A stretch of DNA of 60,689 nucleotides from a virus (Duplodnaviria; Heunggongvirae; Uroviricota; Caudoviricetes), in IMG/VR virus record IMGVR_UViG_3300042922_000286, positions 64,001 through 124,689 of that record; one strand, written 5' to 3'. Positions 1 through 9,557 of this stretch are shown one piece after another. The position numbers and the translations under genes are program-made. Position 1 is the first letter of the stretch, and each line of letters opens with the position of its first letter. The notes under the pieces were generated by a model. It made no database searches. It was not told the origin of the DNA and saw only the letters and a list, made by a program, of their open reading frames with translations.

Positions 1-3000
1 CTTTATCATCGGGGCAACTAAGCGGTAGTCGGCGGAAGTAGTAGCTCTACCTGCAAGCTCACGCATACGCGGCAGGTACGTGTTGTCCAAGTAATCATTC
101 AGGTTGTTGTGATCTTCCTGTGCCATGGTGGAACCACGGAAGCGATTCTTGGTACGTTCAACCGTAATCATTGCCGAACGGGTAAGGGCGTCCTCGTACA
201 TGAAGTCTTTCGGTAACCTTGCATTGCCACGAACAGCAAGAGGCATACGGTCACCGAAGAGAAATCCTTGATCCCCATACTGCCCACCATTTGACGATTC
301 CTCGCCTGTAGCGCCCCGCGCCGCTCTGCGGGAGCCGCGGCCACCGCGTACTGTCCCTGCGGGTGGAGTGTACCCGAGGCTTTGATGAACAACGTCAATG
401 TCCCGAATGCCTTGGAAGATAAGACGGAACTGAGCGTCAAGCTCTCTACGGAGCTTCGCGACAACCTCTTCCATAACACGGTTCATATCACCAGTAATAC
501 TTTGCAACAGGCTGTCACCATGAATGGGGTTAAAGTGGATGTTCTGCCCGTCAATAGCGCTGCGAATACCCGTGATCTGCGTGGTCAGGGCTTGCAGGAA
601 TCGATCATTCATGTGGGTCATTGTAGACTCAAGGGAAGCATTAAGGACGTTTCTTAACGCTTCATCACCCTCTTGTACAGGAACGGCTCTTTGGTACTCC
701 CGAAGTGTTCTGTAGTTCCCGCGGGTAGCTAGGATTCTACGAATGTGCTGCGGGAGGTCAGCAGTGTTGGCGCGGAAGGAACTTCCTAGCTCCTGCGATA
801 CCCGGTGAGCATCCTCGATCAATCGGTCGGTGTAGTTGGTCAGGAATCCGTTCGCCCCTAAGGTAAGGCCGCCCATAACCGAATTAAGATTGAACCGTCC
901 TTGCGCTTGCGCCGCGTTCATATTGTTGATTGCTATTGCAAGGTGTCCCACATATCTTGAAAGGTATCCCTGTACCGCGGTATTGATAGGGGAGACATCC
1001 GAGCTATTGACAATCCCTGTACTAGTGAGCGCTTCGGTTAGCGCCAAGATGTTCGCACGAATTGTTTCGGTCAATTGATTGACGTGATCTTGCAGAGGCT
1101 CAAGAACATGCTGTCTATAATTTATGTCAATCGCCCCTGCATCAGCAGGTAACCAAGAGTCAACAACGTCAGCGATCTTAGCGCCCGCCCGAGCGATTGC
1201 CCGGTTTACTGAATCGGTTAGGTCAAGGCTAATGACTCCTGCACCCGTCACGTTGGCATTTTCAACTGCCCGGCCAAGAGCAGCTTCAACATCCTGTTCC
1301 AGTTCCTTAGCAGACTCGAACCTGAGCGCAACGGAGGAAAATGCAGCCTGTACCGTTTGGGTCATTTGTGCCACGGCATTCTTCAAGGTGTCCTTCATGC
1401 TGTCCTGAATGACCTTTTTCTCCGCGGTAGTAAACGACTTGAAGTTCTTGTCACTAAGGCCATTCGTGAAGGCTTCGAGAACATCCGTGGATTTCTTGAT
1501 CGTGAAGTCTACGAGCTTCTTCGATTGCGCGTACATGACCTCATCAATATCGTCGAGTTCATTCTTGTTTAGAGCTCTACCTTGCTGGCTATTGAGCGTG
1601 TCTACGACATTCGCGATATGGTTAGACAGGTAGTTCTTTACTCCTTGAGCGACTTCATCGAGCTTTTCGTCAGGGATATCGGCAGCCCCGCCCGTCAACG
1701 CATTCAGCTTCGCAATGAGTGCAGAGGCATCCACTCTAACAGGCCGGGAAGCGAGGCTTGGGACTTCCGCTGCGTACTTCTTGATAAGTGCTGTAACCGC
1801 GCCTTGCAGGTCAGTGAAGATATCCGTTTGCAGCTTCAAGATATCTTCCATCAAATTTTTGGCAAACAATTGGGTGTTTTGTTCGATGCGGCTCTTTGTT
1901 TGCTCCGTATGAATCCCGATCTGCTGTGCAATTCGAGAAGCGTCGTCGGCAGTAAGGAAAGCACCGCCCGAAATCTCAGAAGCAACCTGCCGTACTGCTT
2001 CGAGGGTTGACTGCTCGATGCGCTGACTGACTTCTCCCATACCTTTTTGCATAATAGTTTTGCCATTAATTACGGCGGGAGAGTAACCCAAGTCCTTATA
2101 CAGTTGGAGTAGGGAGTCATCAATGGTATCTTTGATGTATTTTTGCACCATATCAGCAGCGGTTTTGAGCCATTCCGCATACTGATTGTAAACAGGGCTA
2201 TCCTTCGTAACCGAGACGCTGGCCGTGATGTCCTTTATCAAGGCTCCGATTTTGCCTGTCACCGAATCTCGGAGTGTGCGGATCATCCTGTCGAGTTCGG
2301 ACACCTTTTTACCTTGGGAGCCTTTATCCTGCACATCGATGTTGTTCAGCGCCGACGCCACCACGGAAACCTCGTCGTACAGGTTAGTCATGGTGTCTCT
2401 GAACTTGCCAAGGTTCAATCTGTAGTCAGATAGCTGCTTGAACTTTGGATCGTCAGCGAGGGATGCAAATAATTCATCCACTTTCTTTATTTCTTTGCTT
2501 ACTTTGGTAATGACATTAGCTAGGCCCATAGCCTTTATCGACAGCATACCGTCAACATTCTCAACCTTAATAGCATCAGGGTTGGATAGGGTTTCAACGA
2601 CCTTATCCCCGATTTTCTTTAAGATGTTTCTATATGCCGCACCGTCGATGGTCAGCTTAATAGGCGATCTTACTTCCTTACCGTTCTCGTCCATAGTGAA
2701 CGCTTCCGATGCTATGGAAATGTTCTTCTCGATCTGCTCGTTCAGCTTCGTGTTGAAAGCCTTTCGGAAGTTATCCATGGCCTTGGCATTGAAATAGAAC
2801 TTGAACTCCAAGTTATTCAGACCGAGCTTGGCGTGATCTTTAAGAGCTTCCTCAAGCTTGGTTTGAATTTTAGAATTGATCTCCTTGAACAGTTCTGTCG
2901 GCATCGTGACTTTGAACGGTTGCGTGTTGAATGTGTGGTCGAAGTGAATGCTGCTCTTAACCAAAGCTTCATTGATCTGATCTGTAAGCTGCTCCTTAAA

Positions 3001-3225
3001 GTAATCGTACTTAATAAGACCCTTCTTACCTTCAAGGGTACCTATCAGCTTATCCACATCTTCTTTGAACGCTTTAAGATTCAAGCCGCCCTCGATCTTA
3101 CCCATAGCTGTAGACATAGCTTCCAAGTACGAAGCAAGGCTTTGGGCACCCTTTACCGCGTCCGTAAATGTAAGTTTAATTTCAGTTTCTAAGCTGCGCT
3201 TTTCACCCATCGATTCAGTGGTCAT
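1..3225 (-). CDS. Tape measure protein, N-terminal part (runs off the left edge, >1075 aa; absent from the ORF track)
   Basis: ATG at 3225 (alternative 3237) after GGAAGGAG. The frame reads MTTESMGEKRSLETEIKLTFTDAVKG... and is stop-free in the 5' and left-edge segments I translated by hand. Helical, A/K/E-rich, directly downstream of the tail tube and two chaperone genes. Confidence 0.75.
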   Translation of the reverse strand, partial: MTTESMGEKRSLETEIKLTFTDAVKGAQSLASYLEAMSTAMGKIEGGLNLKAFKEDVDKLIGTLEGKKGLIKYDYFKEQLTDQINEALVKSSIHFDHTFNTQPFKVTMPTELFKEINSKIQTKLEEALKDHAKLGLNNLEFKFYFNAKAMDNFRKAFNTKLNEQIEKNISIASEAFTMDENGKEVRSPIKLTIDGAAYRNILKKIGDKVVETLSNPDAIKVENVDGMLSIKAMGLANVITKVSKEIKKVDELFASLADDPKFKQLSDYRLNLGKFRDTMTNLYDEVSVVASALNNIDVQDKGSQGKKVSELDRMIRTLRDSVTGKIGALIKDITASVSVTKDSPVYNQYAEWLKTAADMVQKYIKDTIDDSLLQLYKDLGYSPAVINGKTIMQKGMGEVSQRIEQSTLEAVRQVASEISGGAFLTADDASRIAQQIGIHTEQTKSRIEQNTQLFAKNLMEDILKLQTDIFTDLQGAVTALIKKYAAEVPSLASRPVRVDASALIAKLNALTGGAADIPDEKLDEVAQGVKNYLSNHIANVVDTLNSQQGRALNKNELDDIDEVMYAQSKKLVDFTIKKSTDVLEAFTNGLSDKNFKSFTTAEKKVIQDSMKDTLKNAVAQMTQTVQAAFSSVALRFESAKELEQDVEAALGRAVENANVTGAGVISLDLTDSVNRAIARAGAKIADVVDSWLPADAGAIDINYRQHVLEPLQDHVNQLTETIRANILALTEALTSTGIVNSSDVSPINTAVQGYLSRYVGHLAIAINNMNAAQAQGRFNLNSVMGGLTLGANGFLTNYTDRLIEDAHRVSQELGSSFRANTADLPQHIRRILATRGNYRTLREYQRAVPVQEGDEALRNVLNASLESTMTHMNDRFLQALTTQITGIRSAIDGQNIHFNPIHGDSLLQSITGDMNRVMEEVVAKLRRELDAQFRLIFQGIRDIDVVHQSLGYTPPAGTVRGGRGSRRAARGATGEESSNGGQYGDQGFLFGDRMPLAVRGNARLPKDFMYEDALTRSAMITVERTKNRFRGSTMAQEDHNNLNDYLDNTYLPRMRELAGRATTSADYRLVAPMIK

Positions 3226-3304
3226 CCTGTATGTCATCTCCTTCCACGAAGAGAAAATCCCGTTACTACCTAATCACTAGAATAGGCAGAACGGGATAAC
3301 TGGC

Positions 3305-3580
3305 TTACATGCCACCGCCCAATATACGAGCTAGTTGGGCAATGTCTTCTTCGGTTGCTTCTTGGTAGTCACTATCAGGGGAGTCTAGGGCGCTATTTTT
3401 CGATCCGCCCTCAGCGGCTCCCTCACTTACACCGAACATCGCTTTCAGCGGCGCTTGCGTCATCTCTACCTCAAACTTGATGAACTGATTAGTTTTCTTT
3501 ATCAGGTCTTCGACCTGCGGTAGGGTATATTCGGCAATTTCCCACTGGTTCAAATTGCAATGTTTGTGGAGGGAGAACAT
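3305..3580 (-). CDS. Tail assembly chaperone, C-terminal (gpT-like) portion
   Basis: 91-aa ORF between the first chaperone and the TMP; in frame with the -1 frameshift product of 3655..4077. Confidence 0.7.
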   Translation of the reverse strand: MFSLHKHCNLNQWEIAEYTLPQVEDLIKKTNQFIKFEVEMTQAPLKAMFGVSEGAAEGGSKNSALDSPDSDYQEATEEDIAQLARILGGGM

Positions 3581-3654
3581 TATGTCGCCCCAATCAAGGG
3601 GTTCATTCGTTTTCGCATCTCGAACCCCGGTGGATTCCCCCTCTCCACTAGGTT

Positions 3655-4077
3655 CTACTTTTTTAGGTTGTTGGCCTCGATGATATAGTCAAGGATTTCA
3701 CGTACGTGCGAGAAGTCGCAGTACTCATCCAAATATTCGCGTGTAATTTCAGGGTAACTATAGAGTGCGATTTGGAGCGCCTCATAAAAGTTATCGACCC
3801 GCTGTTTGTCAGCCTCTTCGTTACCTGTTTCAATGAAGTTGATAATCAGGGAGTCCAAACTGATGTTACCGAGCAGTTTCATGAGCCTTCTGCCCTGCCC
3901 GAGCTTGGATGGTTTCATCATGTACTCCTTACCGTCGAGTAAGGTGATCTTCTTACCTGTTGGGAACCACACGTCCTCAGACTTTGCAGTAACCGCCTCC
4001 GCTTTAATGCGGGCAATCGCTTCGTCGTTCATACCTTGTGCGTGTACCTTTTCCAGTTCTTCTTTGGTCATAGACAT
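3655..4077 (-). CDS. Tail assembly chaperone (gpG-like)
   Basis: Acidic ~140-aa ORF between tail tube and TMP that ends in a slippery heptamer. SD AGGGGGAA favours ATG 4077 over TTG 4083. Confidence 0.75.
   Translation of the reverse strand: MSMTKEELEKVHAQGMNDEAIARIKAEAVTAKSEDVWFPTGKKITLLDGKEYMMKPSKLGQGRRLMKLLGNISLDSLIINFIETGNEEADKQRVDNFYEALQIALYSYPEITREYLDEYCDFSHVREILDYIIEANNLKK
3658..3664 (-). other. Programmed -1 ribosomal frameshift slippery site A AAA AAG
   Basis: CTA AAA AAG TAG ends the chaperone. The -1 frame is open (VEPSGEGESTGVRDAKTNEPLDWGDI) into the ATG at 3580. A hairpin GGGGTTCG...TGAACCCC follows. Confidence 0.85.
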
Positions 4078-4114
4078 ATTCAATTCCCCCTAAGAATTAA
4101 TACCCCCTATAGGT

Positions 4115-4184
4115 AAAAAACACTGGCAAGGCAAGTTAGGTTGAGCAGGGGGAACCCAACCTTCCGAGCTACCTTGCCAGTGTT
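4115..4184 (-). terminator. Long hairpin plus T6 tract after the tail tube gene (terminator/attenuator)
   Basis: Perfect 13-bp inverted repeat AACACTGGCAAGG (4119-4131)/CCTTGCCAGTGTT (4172-4184) followed by TTTTTT on the minus strand. Confidence 0.7.
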
Positions 4185-4195
4185 GGAACAAAGAA

Positions 4196-5236
4196 TTACA
4201 CGCGCTTGAGGCTAGTGTAACGCTTGATGCTACCGAGCTTCTTGTCGGCCCGCTCAGGATCAATCACTTTCAGAGCGATAGTGGAAGCAGAAGCGGAAGC
4301 ACGTTGAGCGTCGATGCTGAACTGACCTTGTGCGATACAAGAATACAGTTCCGTTTCGATACCCGCGTAATCGCCGTTCTTCTGCAAGAAGGAGCCGTGG
4401 TGGATGACGTGAACCGGGAACGGTACTTCGTCGGTGATAAGGTCGATAACGTCTACGCCGACTTCCGTGCGTTGGTAATTGAACACTACGTCAGCGTTAA
4501 CCGCGGACGGATTCAGTACAATGCCGTTCGTTGCCGAAGACGGAAGGATTACAGCGTCACCTACGTCTTTTGCACTCGACACGCCGGGCGTGACTGTGAG
4601 TACATTTCCAACGATGTTGGAGATAGTAACCGTTTCACCGTCAACCGTGATTTCGTCACCAGTCGTCAGCCCTGCTGCACTTGTTACAGTGATGGACGTG
4701 GCGTCCTGAGCAGCCGCCGCGCTCAGAGTCGTTTGCGTACCGAACAAGGACTCGATGTAGAAATCCTCAGCCGTAGGAGCAGTTGATGCGCTAAACGGCT
4801 TCTTGGTCAGCAGTTTGTTGCTGTCTTTCAGACGAACCGCAAAGTTTCCGTCTCCGAACAGGCTGTCTCCGAACTCAACGGGAACCTTAGCTACGCTAAC
4901 ACTCGATCCGATAGTACCTCCAACCGCGACAGCTTGTTCACCAAGCACCCACAAGCTAGTGCTGACTTGCTCTTGGATGTTGGAACCTTGCATCAGGCGC
5001 AGACCTTCGAGATCGAACTTAGCATCGGTCGCAGAAACCTCAACGCTCTTGGAACGGATGAGGGTGTCGATTGCGAACAGGCCGTCACCACCGAAGATGT
5101 CATCAATTTCTACATTGAAGTCGATACGCAGGTTTTGCAAGGTACCGAGCGTGATAACTTCAATACCTTTACCATCAGCGCTGACTTTTTTAGCCATCAT
5201 GGTTCCTACGCCTTTGATAATCATTTTCTTAGCCAT
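4196..5236 (-). CDS. Major tail (tube) protein with an inserted beta-rich domain
   Basis: 346 aa. MIIKGVGTMM...ITLGTLQNLRIDFNVEIDDIFGGDG is tube-like; position precedes the chaperones; strong SD AAGGAGTGA. Confidence 0.75.
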   Translation of the reverse strand: MAKKMIIKGVGTMMAKKVSADGKGIEVITLGTLQNLRIDFNVEIDDIFGGDGLFAIDTLIRSKSVEVSATDAKFDLEGLRLMQGSNIQEQVSTSLWVLGEQAVAVGGTIGSSVSVAKVPVEFGDSLFGDGNFAVRLKDSNKLLTKKPFSASTAPTAEDFYIESLFGTQTTLSAAAAQDATSITVTSAAGLTTGDEITVDGETVTISNIVGNVLTVTPGVSSAKDVGDAVILPSSATNGIVLNPSAVNADVVFNYQRTEVGVDVIDLITDEVPFPVHVIHHGSFLQKNGDYAGIETELYSCIAQGQFSIDAQRASASASTIALKVIDPERADKKLGSIKRYTSLKRV

Positions 5237-5307
5237 TTCGGTATCACTCCTTATATAAAATATTTGGGATAAGGCTATCTCTTAGGATAGACACTATCGC
5301 ATTTTTA

Positions 5308-5745
5308 CTACTTCTCTAGCGCTACGCTCATACTGATTACGACAGTGAAGCAGTACGTGTTAGCTAGGTCAGTTGTGCTTTCGTGCGCAGTTACTAACTC
5401 CGCTTGAAAGCTCTCGATGCCCGCGAACGGATGAATCTCTCCATTGAAGATATCAGTCAATCGGTCCGACACATCTTGGGCAAGCTGAACGTCATCGTTG
5501 GTATAGATGTCGAACACGAATGGCGTGGTGTATACGAAACTATTTCTACCTTCACGTCTACCGGGGGTCGCATAGAAGGCGATCATCGGAATGTTGTCAG
5601 TCACATCCTGTGGGTTAGCACGTTTCTGGATATGCCTCGATTTCGTGAGTGCATTTGCCGTTTCTCCTATACCTAAGTAGTCTAGGATGATTGCGTCATT
5701 TGCTAACACCTTATAGATGCCATTGTATAAATCGGTTATGACCAT
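5308..5745 (-). CDS. Tail terminator/completion-like protein
   Basis: 145 aa, position between neck gene and tail tube; DLYNGIYKVLANDAIILDYLG N-terminus and alternating beta pattern. Confidence 0.55.
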   Translation of the reverse strand: MVITDLYNGIYKVLANDAIILDYLGIGETANALTKSRHIQKRANPQDVTDNIPMIAFYATPGRREGRNSFVYTTPFVFDIYTNDDVQLAQDVSDRLTDIFNGEIHPFAGIESFQAELVTAHESTTDLANTYCFTVVISMSVALEK

Positions 5746-5758
5746 GGATCGCGCCCCC

Positions 5759-6529
5759 TTAACTAATATCGATTACAGGTTTGACATGGAGGTAATCGCG
5801 AGGATCGACACTGAACACCGCGGCCTTTATATCATCAAAATAATTCTCCTTAATTGATAAAAAGGCGTTGCGGTACCAGTGGTATGCCTTTGTTTCATAC
5901 CCCGGGGACTTGATAGGCAAGCCTCCCACCTTAGAGTTGGATACGCGCTGCACTCCTGCCATATCAATCCACTCTGTTGTGTCGATATTACCGGCTTTTC
6001 GACTGTACGCTCCGACCGCAACCGCTTTACCGTTGGACGTTCTGGTGTGCGCGGATACGGCTTTCTTATATCCGCGGGTAACAATAGGCGCCCCGGGTCT
6101 AGGTGCGCCCCTGAACTTGTTCCAGTCTCCGAGCTTGTAGAGGGGGCTGTCCATGTCCTCCTGAGTGCCTGTGCCATACTCGTAATACCAACCAATATGC
6201 GAGTCCTCGAAGTCATTCTTCATTGCGCTGACGGCCATCTGGATTACTCCATTAGCCATATCGATCAACCCGCGTTCAGGGACAATTGAACGGAGCAGGG
6301 AAACAGCACGTTCGTAGTCTGTGACGGGATTGTCGAACCCTCGATCTTTGGTAAAGGCAGGAGCTTGGCTAAAATGCATCTGCTCCACATTTCTTTGCAA
6401 TAAATCGACTAGCTCATCCCTCAACTTGAATGCTACCTCGCGCAGCTCCGTATGAAGGTCTTTAATATATTCTTTGGCGTCGAAATACAGCCAGTACTTG
6501 TCGGTATTCTTTTTCCTACCCCGCGGCAT
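5759..6529 (-). CDS. Neck/tail-completion protein (HK97 gp10-like)
   Basis: 256 aa, contains IGWYYEYGTG motif, located in the head-tail module. Confidence 0.5.
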   Translation of the reverse strand: MPRGRKKNTDKYWLYFDAKEYIKDLHTELREVAFKLRDELVDLLQRNVEQMHFSQAPAFTKDRGFDNPVTDYERAVSLLRSIVPERGLIDMANGVIQMAVSAMKNDFEDSHIGWYYEYGTGTQEDMDSPLYKLGDWNKFRGAPRPGAPIVTRGYKKAVSAHTRTSNGKAVAVGAYSRKAGNIDTTEWIDMAGVQRVSNSKVGGLPIKSPGYETKAYHWYRNAFLSIKENYFDDIKAAVFSVDPRDYLHVKPVIDIS

Positions 6530-6535
6530 ATATCA

Positions 6536-7147
6536 TCACTTCCTTGTCTCACTGCAAACCTGAATGACAACTACTCCCTCGTACGATAGGTAGTCCGTTG
6601 CTACTACCTTCAATGGAACAGACCTGCCATTCATAATTACAGTAATTTTGTCGAGAAGCGTTATATCAACGGATGGGCAATAGATACGATACTCTGCATC
6701 TGAGTGTAAGCCCGGGTCGTACTGCCTCAGTTCAGCAGTCAGTGTCTCGATGAACGACTGTAGATCGGAAGCCTTAACGACCGGGGTTTTCGTACGATTA
6801 CCATTCTCGTCTGCGGTTTCCTCGACCCCGCTGACTGTAACACGCGCATTACAAACGTACATGTGCGTTACAATCGCGGCCAGTTGCCCTTGTATAACTT
6901 CTTTCATAGCTGCTACTATAATGCAGTCCTCACCGCTTGTAGGAACGTTTACTATGCTCCCGCCGCCGACCGTAACGGAGGGTAGAAACTGTCCCTTTCT
7001 GTTGGATTCTAAGGTAACCGCGCTACTGTTCGCAGTTCGGCTACCTCGACCAATGAGCGCATTTGTGTCTGTAACAGTACCGTCAATAGCAGTAACCGTA
7101 ACAGGGACGCCTTCAGATACGATGAGTGCCTGTTTAATCTCAATCAT
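6536..7147 (-). CDS. Head closure/adaptor-like protein
   Basis: 203 aa beta-rich protein immediately after the connector gene; 4-bp overlap with it. Confidence 0.45.
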   Translation of the reverse strand: MIEIKQALIVSEGVPVTVTAIDGTVTDTNALIGRGSRTANSSAVTLESNRKGQFLPSVTVGGGSIVNVPTSGEDCIIVAAMKEVIQGQLAAIVTHMYVCNARVTVSGVEETADENGNRTKTPVVKASDLQSFIETLTAELRQYDPGLHSDAEYRIYCPSVDITLLDKITVIMNGRSVPLKVVATDYLSYEGVVVIQVCSETRK

Positions 7148-7575
7148 TCGGCAGCAGTCTGGAAGTTGGCTCTAGCGCCAAGTGCGTAATCTTCTACGCC
7201 AGTTACCGGGACGGTCTGTATCTGGCTTAGGCTTGCTTCCATATCGGCAATGAACGACGCTGCGAGGTCGCTCCAATTCATCTTGTCCTTCTTCCACTTA
7301 ACGTCGATAGTAGTGACCTCGATATTTACCCGCCGCGCCATGGAAGGACAGAGCAGGTAGCAGATGTAGGCAATGACTGCGTTCTCTAAGGAGATGCTGT
7401 CGAGTTCGTCGGTTATACTTGCATAATCAGGTACTCGCTTCAATACGATTGCTTCCGCGTATTGCGAGATATACCTGTTATTGATGTCACTATCTGGCAG
7501 TTCACCAGCGTTCGCGCCTAACCTAGCACGAACGGCCACCTCAAACCCTGCTTGCAGGAATGGCACGTTAATCAC
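7144..7575 (-). CDS. Head-tail connector (gp6/gp15-like)
   Basis: 143 aa, helical (EVAVRARLG...LPDSDI...AVIAYICYLL); second gene after the MCP. Confidence 0.55.
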   Translation of the reverse strand: MINVPFLQAGFEVAVRARLGANAGELPDSDINNRYISQYAEAIVLKRVPDYASITDELDSISLENAVIAYICYLLCPSMARRVNIEVTTIDVKWKKDKMNWSDLAASFIADMEASLSQIQTVPVTGVEDYALGARANFQTAAE

Positions 7576-7583
7576 CCGCTCTC

Positions 7584-7988
7584 TTACTTGAAGATAGAAA
7601 CGCGGAACGTAGGACGGCTTGCCGAGCTAACGAACAGCTTACTTACGCCACTGAACTCTTTGGATGCCCCGATAGCTATCAGAGCATTGGAACTGTAGGA
7701 AATGGCGTTAGCATCAACATACAGATCGCCGCCCCCGAGATTTTCAACTACAACCTTAGCAGTGCCAGCGGGTACGTCCAGAATGCGCTTCTCGTAAATA
7801 GACAGTTTAACGTCATACGTCAGAGCAACTTCCGATTTCGGAGTCTCCACGACAGGCGCAGGTGCTTCCTGTACTGCAACAGGAGACTCATCCTGAACCT
7901 TTTGAAGTTCGACTTCACACGGCTCGATAGTGTCTGTTACAGCAGCAACAACTTCCTCACTTACTGGCTTTTTGGCGCGTTTAGCCAT
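7584..7988 (-). CDS. Hypothetical virion-associated protein (P/E/V-rich N-terminus, small beta domain)
   Basis: 134 aa, SD AAGGAGGT, directly after the MCP. Confidence 0.5.
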   Translation of the reverse strand: MAKRAKKPVSEEVVAAVTDTIEPCEVELQKVQDESPVAVQEAPAPVVETPKSEVALTYDVKLSIYEKRILDVPAGTAKVVVENLGGGDLYVDANAISYSSNALIAIGASKEFSGVSKLFVSSASRPTFRVSIFK

Positions 7989-8016
7989 ATAACCTACCTC
8001 CTTAGGGTAATATCTT

Positions 8017-8054
8017 AAAAAAGGCGTAGCAGGTTGTTAAACCCCTACGCCTTT
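8017..8054 (-). terminator. Intrinsic terminator after the major capsid gene
   Basis: 10-bp inverted repeat AAAGGCGTAG/CTACGCCTTT followed by a T-run on the minus strand. Confidence 0.75.
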
Positions 8055-8074
8055 ATCTGATGATAGATTTATGA

Positions 8075-9049
8075 TTACTCTCCGAGCGGAACAACAGCGT
8101 CTTGGAACAGAACGCCAGCTACGTCAGAAATCATCTTGTGAGCGTACCAACGCTCGGCTTCTACGATGGTTGCACGGCGGGGAGTTTCGTACCACTTACG
8201 TACTTGAACAGCGCCGTTGCCATCCTTGTTCCACATGAAGGAGTAGCCGATGGATACCATTTTCTTGCCCGGGGACGGAGCGATGTAACACAGGACTGCG
8301 CTGTTACCCCAAATGTAGTTGAGGTCGTCGCGTTGACCTGCTACCGCTTGGCCCGGGTTGGTTACCGTCGATTTCAGAGCGGAACCAACGAGGATTTTGT
8401 TGACGCCGAAAGCAGCGGCCAGCAAATCCATGTTGATGATACCGCGCTGTACGTACTTAACGATCTCGATCAGCTTCGGATGAAGGATCAAGCGGTTAAG
8501 GACTGTTTCAGACATAACCAAGGTGTTCGGACGCAAACCTGCGAGGCGGTGCATCCGTTGTTTAGCTGCCGCAATATCGCCAACAGGATCGGAAGTTGGG
8601 TCAGACCACTTCAACGGGTTGGAAGCTGCGCCCATGTTATACACGAGGTCGGAATGGTAGTTGGCAGCGTCCAAGATCATGTTAGCCGCGTCAACTTCCT
8701 TGTTCAGCAAGATACCTTCCGTAACGAGTTCAGTACCTTCGGACTCAAGATTGAAGTCCTCGTCGGCATTTTGCTTTTCTTCGTCAGCAATGGCATGACG
8801 GAGAGCATGGCCGTCCGTGAAGTACGTATCATGGCTGAAATCCCATCCGATTTCGTTAGCCTCAGTCCCCGGTGCGCGGAGGTCGTCGTGTTGACGGAAG
8901 CGCTCCATGCCGTAGACGTTGTATCGGTCGGATTGTTTACCAACAGTTACAGGCTTGAAGATTTGATCGGCAATGTACTGCTCATTCTTGTAGCCGATAG
9001 AGATTTGCGTCAGTGTCTTATCGATGTGAAGTTTCTGTACAGATGGCAT
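8075..9049 (-). CDS. Major capsid protein (HK97 fold, lambda gpE-like type)
   Basis: 324 aa. HIDKTLTQISIGYKNEQYIADQIFKPVTV, KWSDPTSDPVGDI, RPNTLVM and FGVNKILVG match this MCP type; follows the cement gene. Confidence 0.88.
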   Translation of the reverse strand: MPSVQKLHIDKTLTQISIGYKNEQYIADQIFKPVTVGKQSDRYNVYGMERFRQHDDLRAPGTEANEIGWDFSHDTYFTDGHALRHAIADEEKQNADEDFNLESEGTELVTEGILLNKEVDAANMILDAANYHSDLVYNMGAASNPLKWSDPTSDPVGDIAAAKQRMHRLAGLRPNTLVMSETVLNRLILHPKLIEIVKYVQRGIINMDLLAAAFGVNKILVGSALKSTVTNPGQAVAGQRDDLNYIWGNSAVLCYIAPSPGKKMVSIGYSFMWNKDGNGAVQVRKWYETPRRATIVEAERWYAHKMISDVAGVLFQDAVVPLGE

Positions 9050-9080
9050 CTATTTTCACCTCTCCTTTGTGTGTTCTAAA

Positions 9081-9554
9081 TTACGGAGTGACAACCGTGT
9101 AAGTATGCAGATCGATATGGTACGGAATAACATCCCCCGCCACGCCGTCTTTCTCTGCATATCCAATCACGTTGTACACGCCGGCTGCGCTAGGCATTAC
9201 AACTGCTTTACCGCCAGCCTTAGCAGTCAAACGCTGGCCTGCGGTGACCGTACCTGCAAGCTCAACCGAGCCGATACGATCAAGCTGAACAGCGATGTGC
9301 TTACCTGCTTGACCCGAGGAACCTGCGACTGTGAGAGAACCATTGCCTCCACGGAGAGGGTCTTGTAAACGTTCGTCATTGCAGACAACACCTTTGATAA
9401 GCACGTTATCGGCAGTAGGCAGTCTAACCTCACCTTCACCTGCGAGTTCTACCAGACGGTACCGAGGAATCTCGTTTACGTTGGAGTTGTCAGGGTTTTG
9501 GTTAGACGCGGCAATCTTATAAGCCATTTGGAATCCAGTAACTTGACCTGCCAT
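9081..9554 (-). CDS. Capsid cement/decoration protein (DUF2190-like)
   Basis: 157 aa, G/A/V-rich (VELAGTVTAGQRLTAKAGGKAV...VIGYAEKDGVAGDVIP), between scaffold and MCP. Confidence 0.7.
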   Translation of the reverse strand: MAGQVTGFQMAYKIAASNQNPDNSNVNEIPRYRLVELAGEGEVRLPTADNVLIKGVVCNDERLQDPLRGGNGSLTVAGSSGQAGKHIAVQLDRIGSVELAGTVTAGQRLTAKAGGKAVVMPSAAGVYNVIGYAEKDGVAGDVIPYHIDLHTYTVVTP

Positions 9555-9557
9555 TGA

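Noticed and set aside
168-3280. Many short ORFs on both strands over the first 3.2 kb
   Set aside because: All are shadows of the minus-strand tape measure frame that runs off the edge
8102-9079. 325-aa plus-strand ORF antisense to the capsid gene
   Set aside because: In-register shadow of the MCP with no SD or protein motif; explained by codon bias. The same applies to 9624..10268, 11225..11995, 14589..15287 and 21677..22393.
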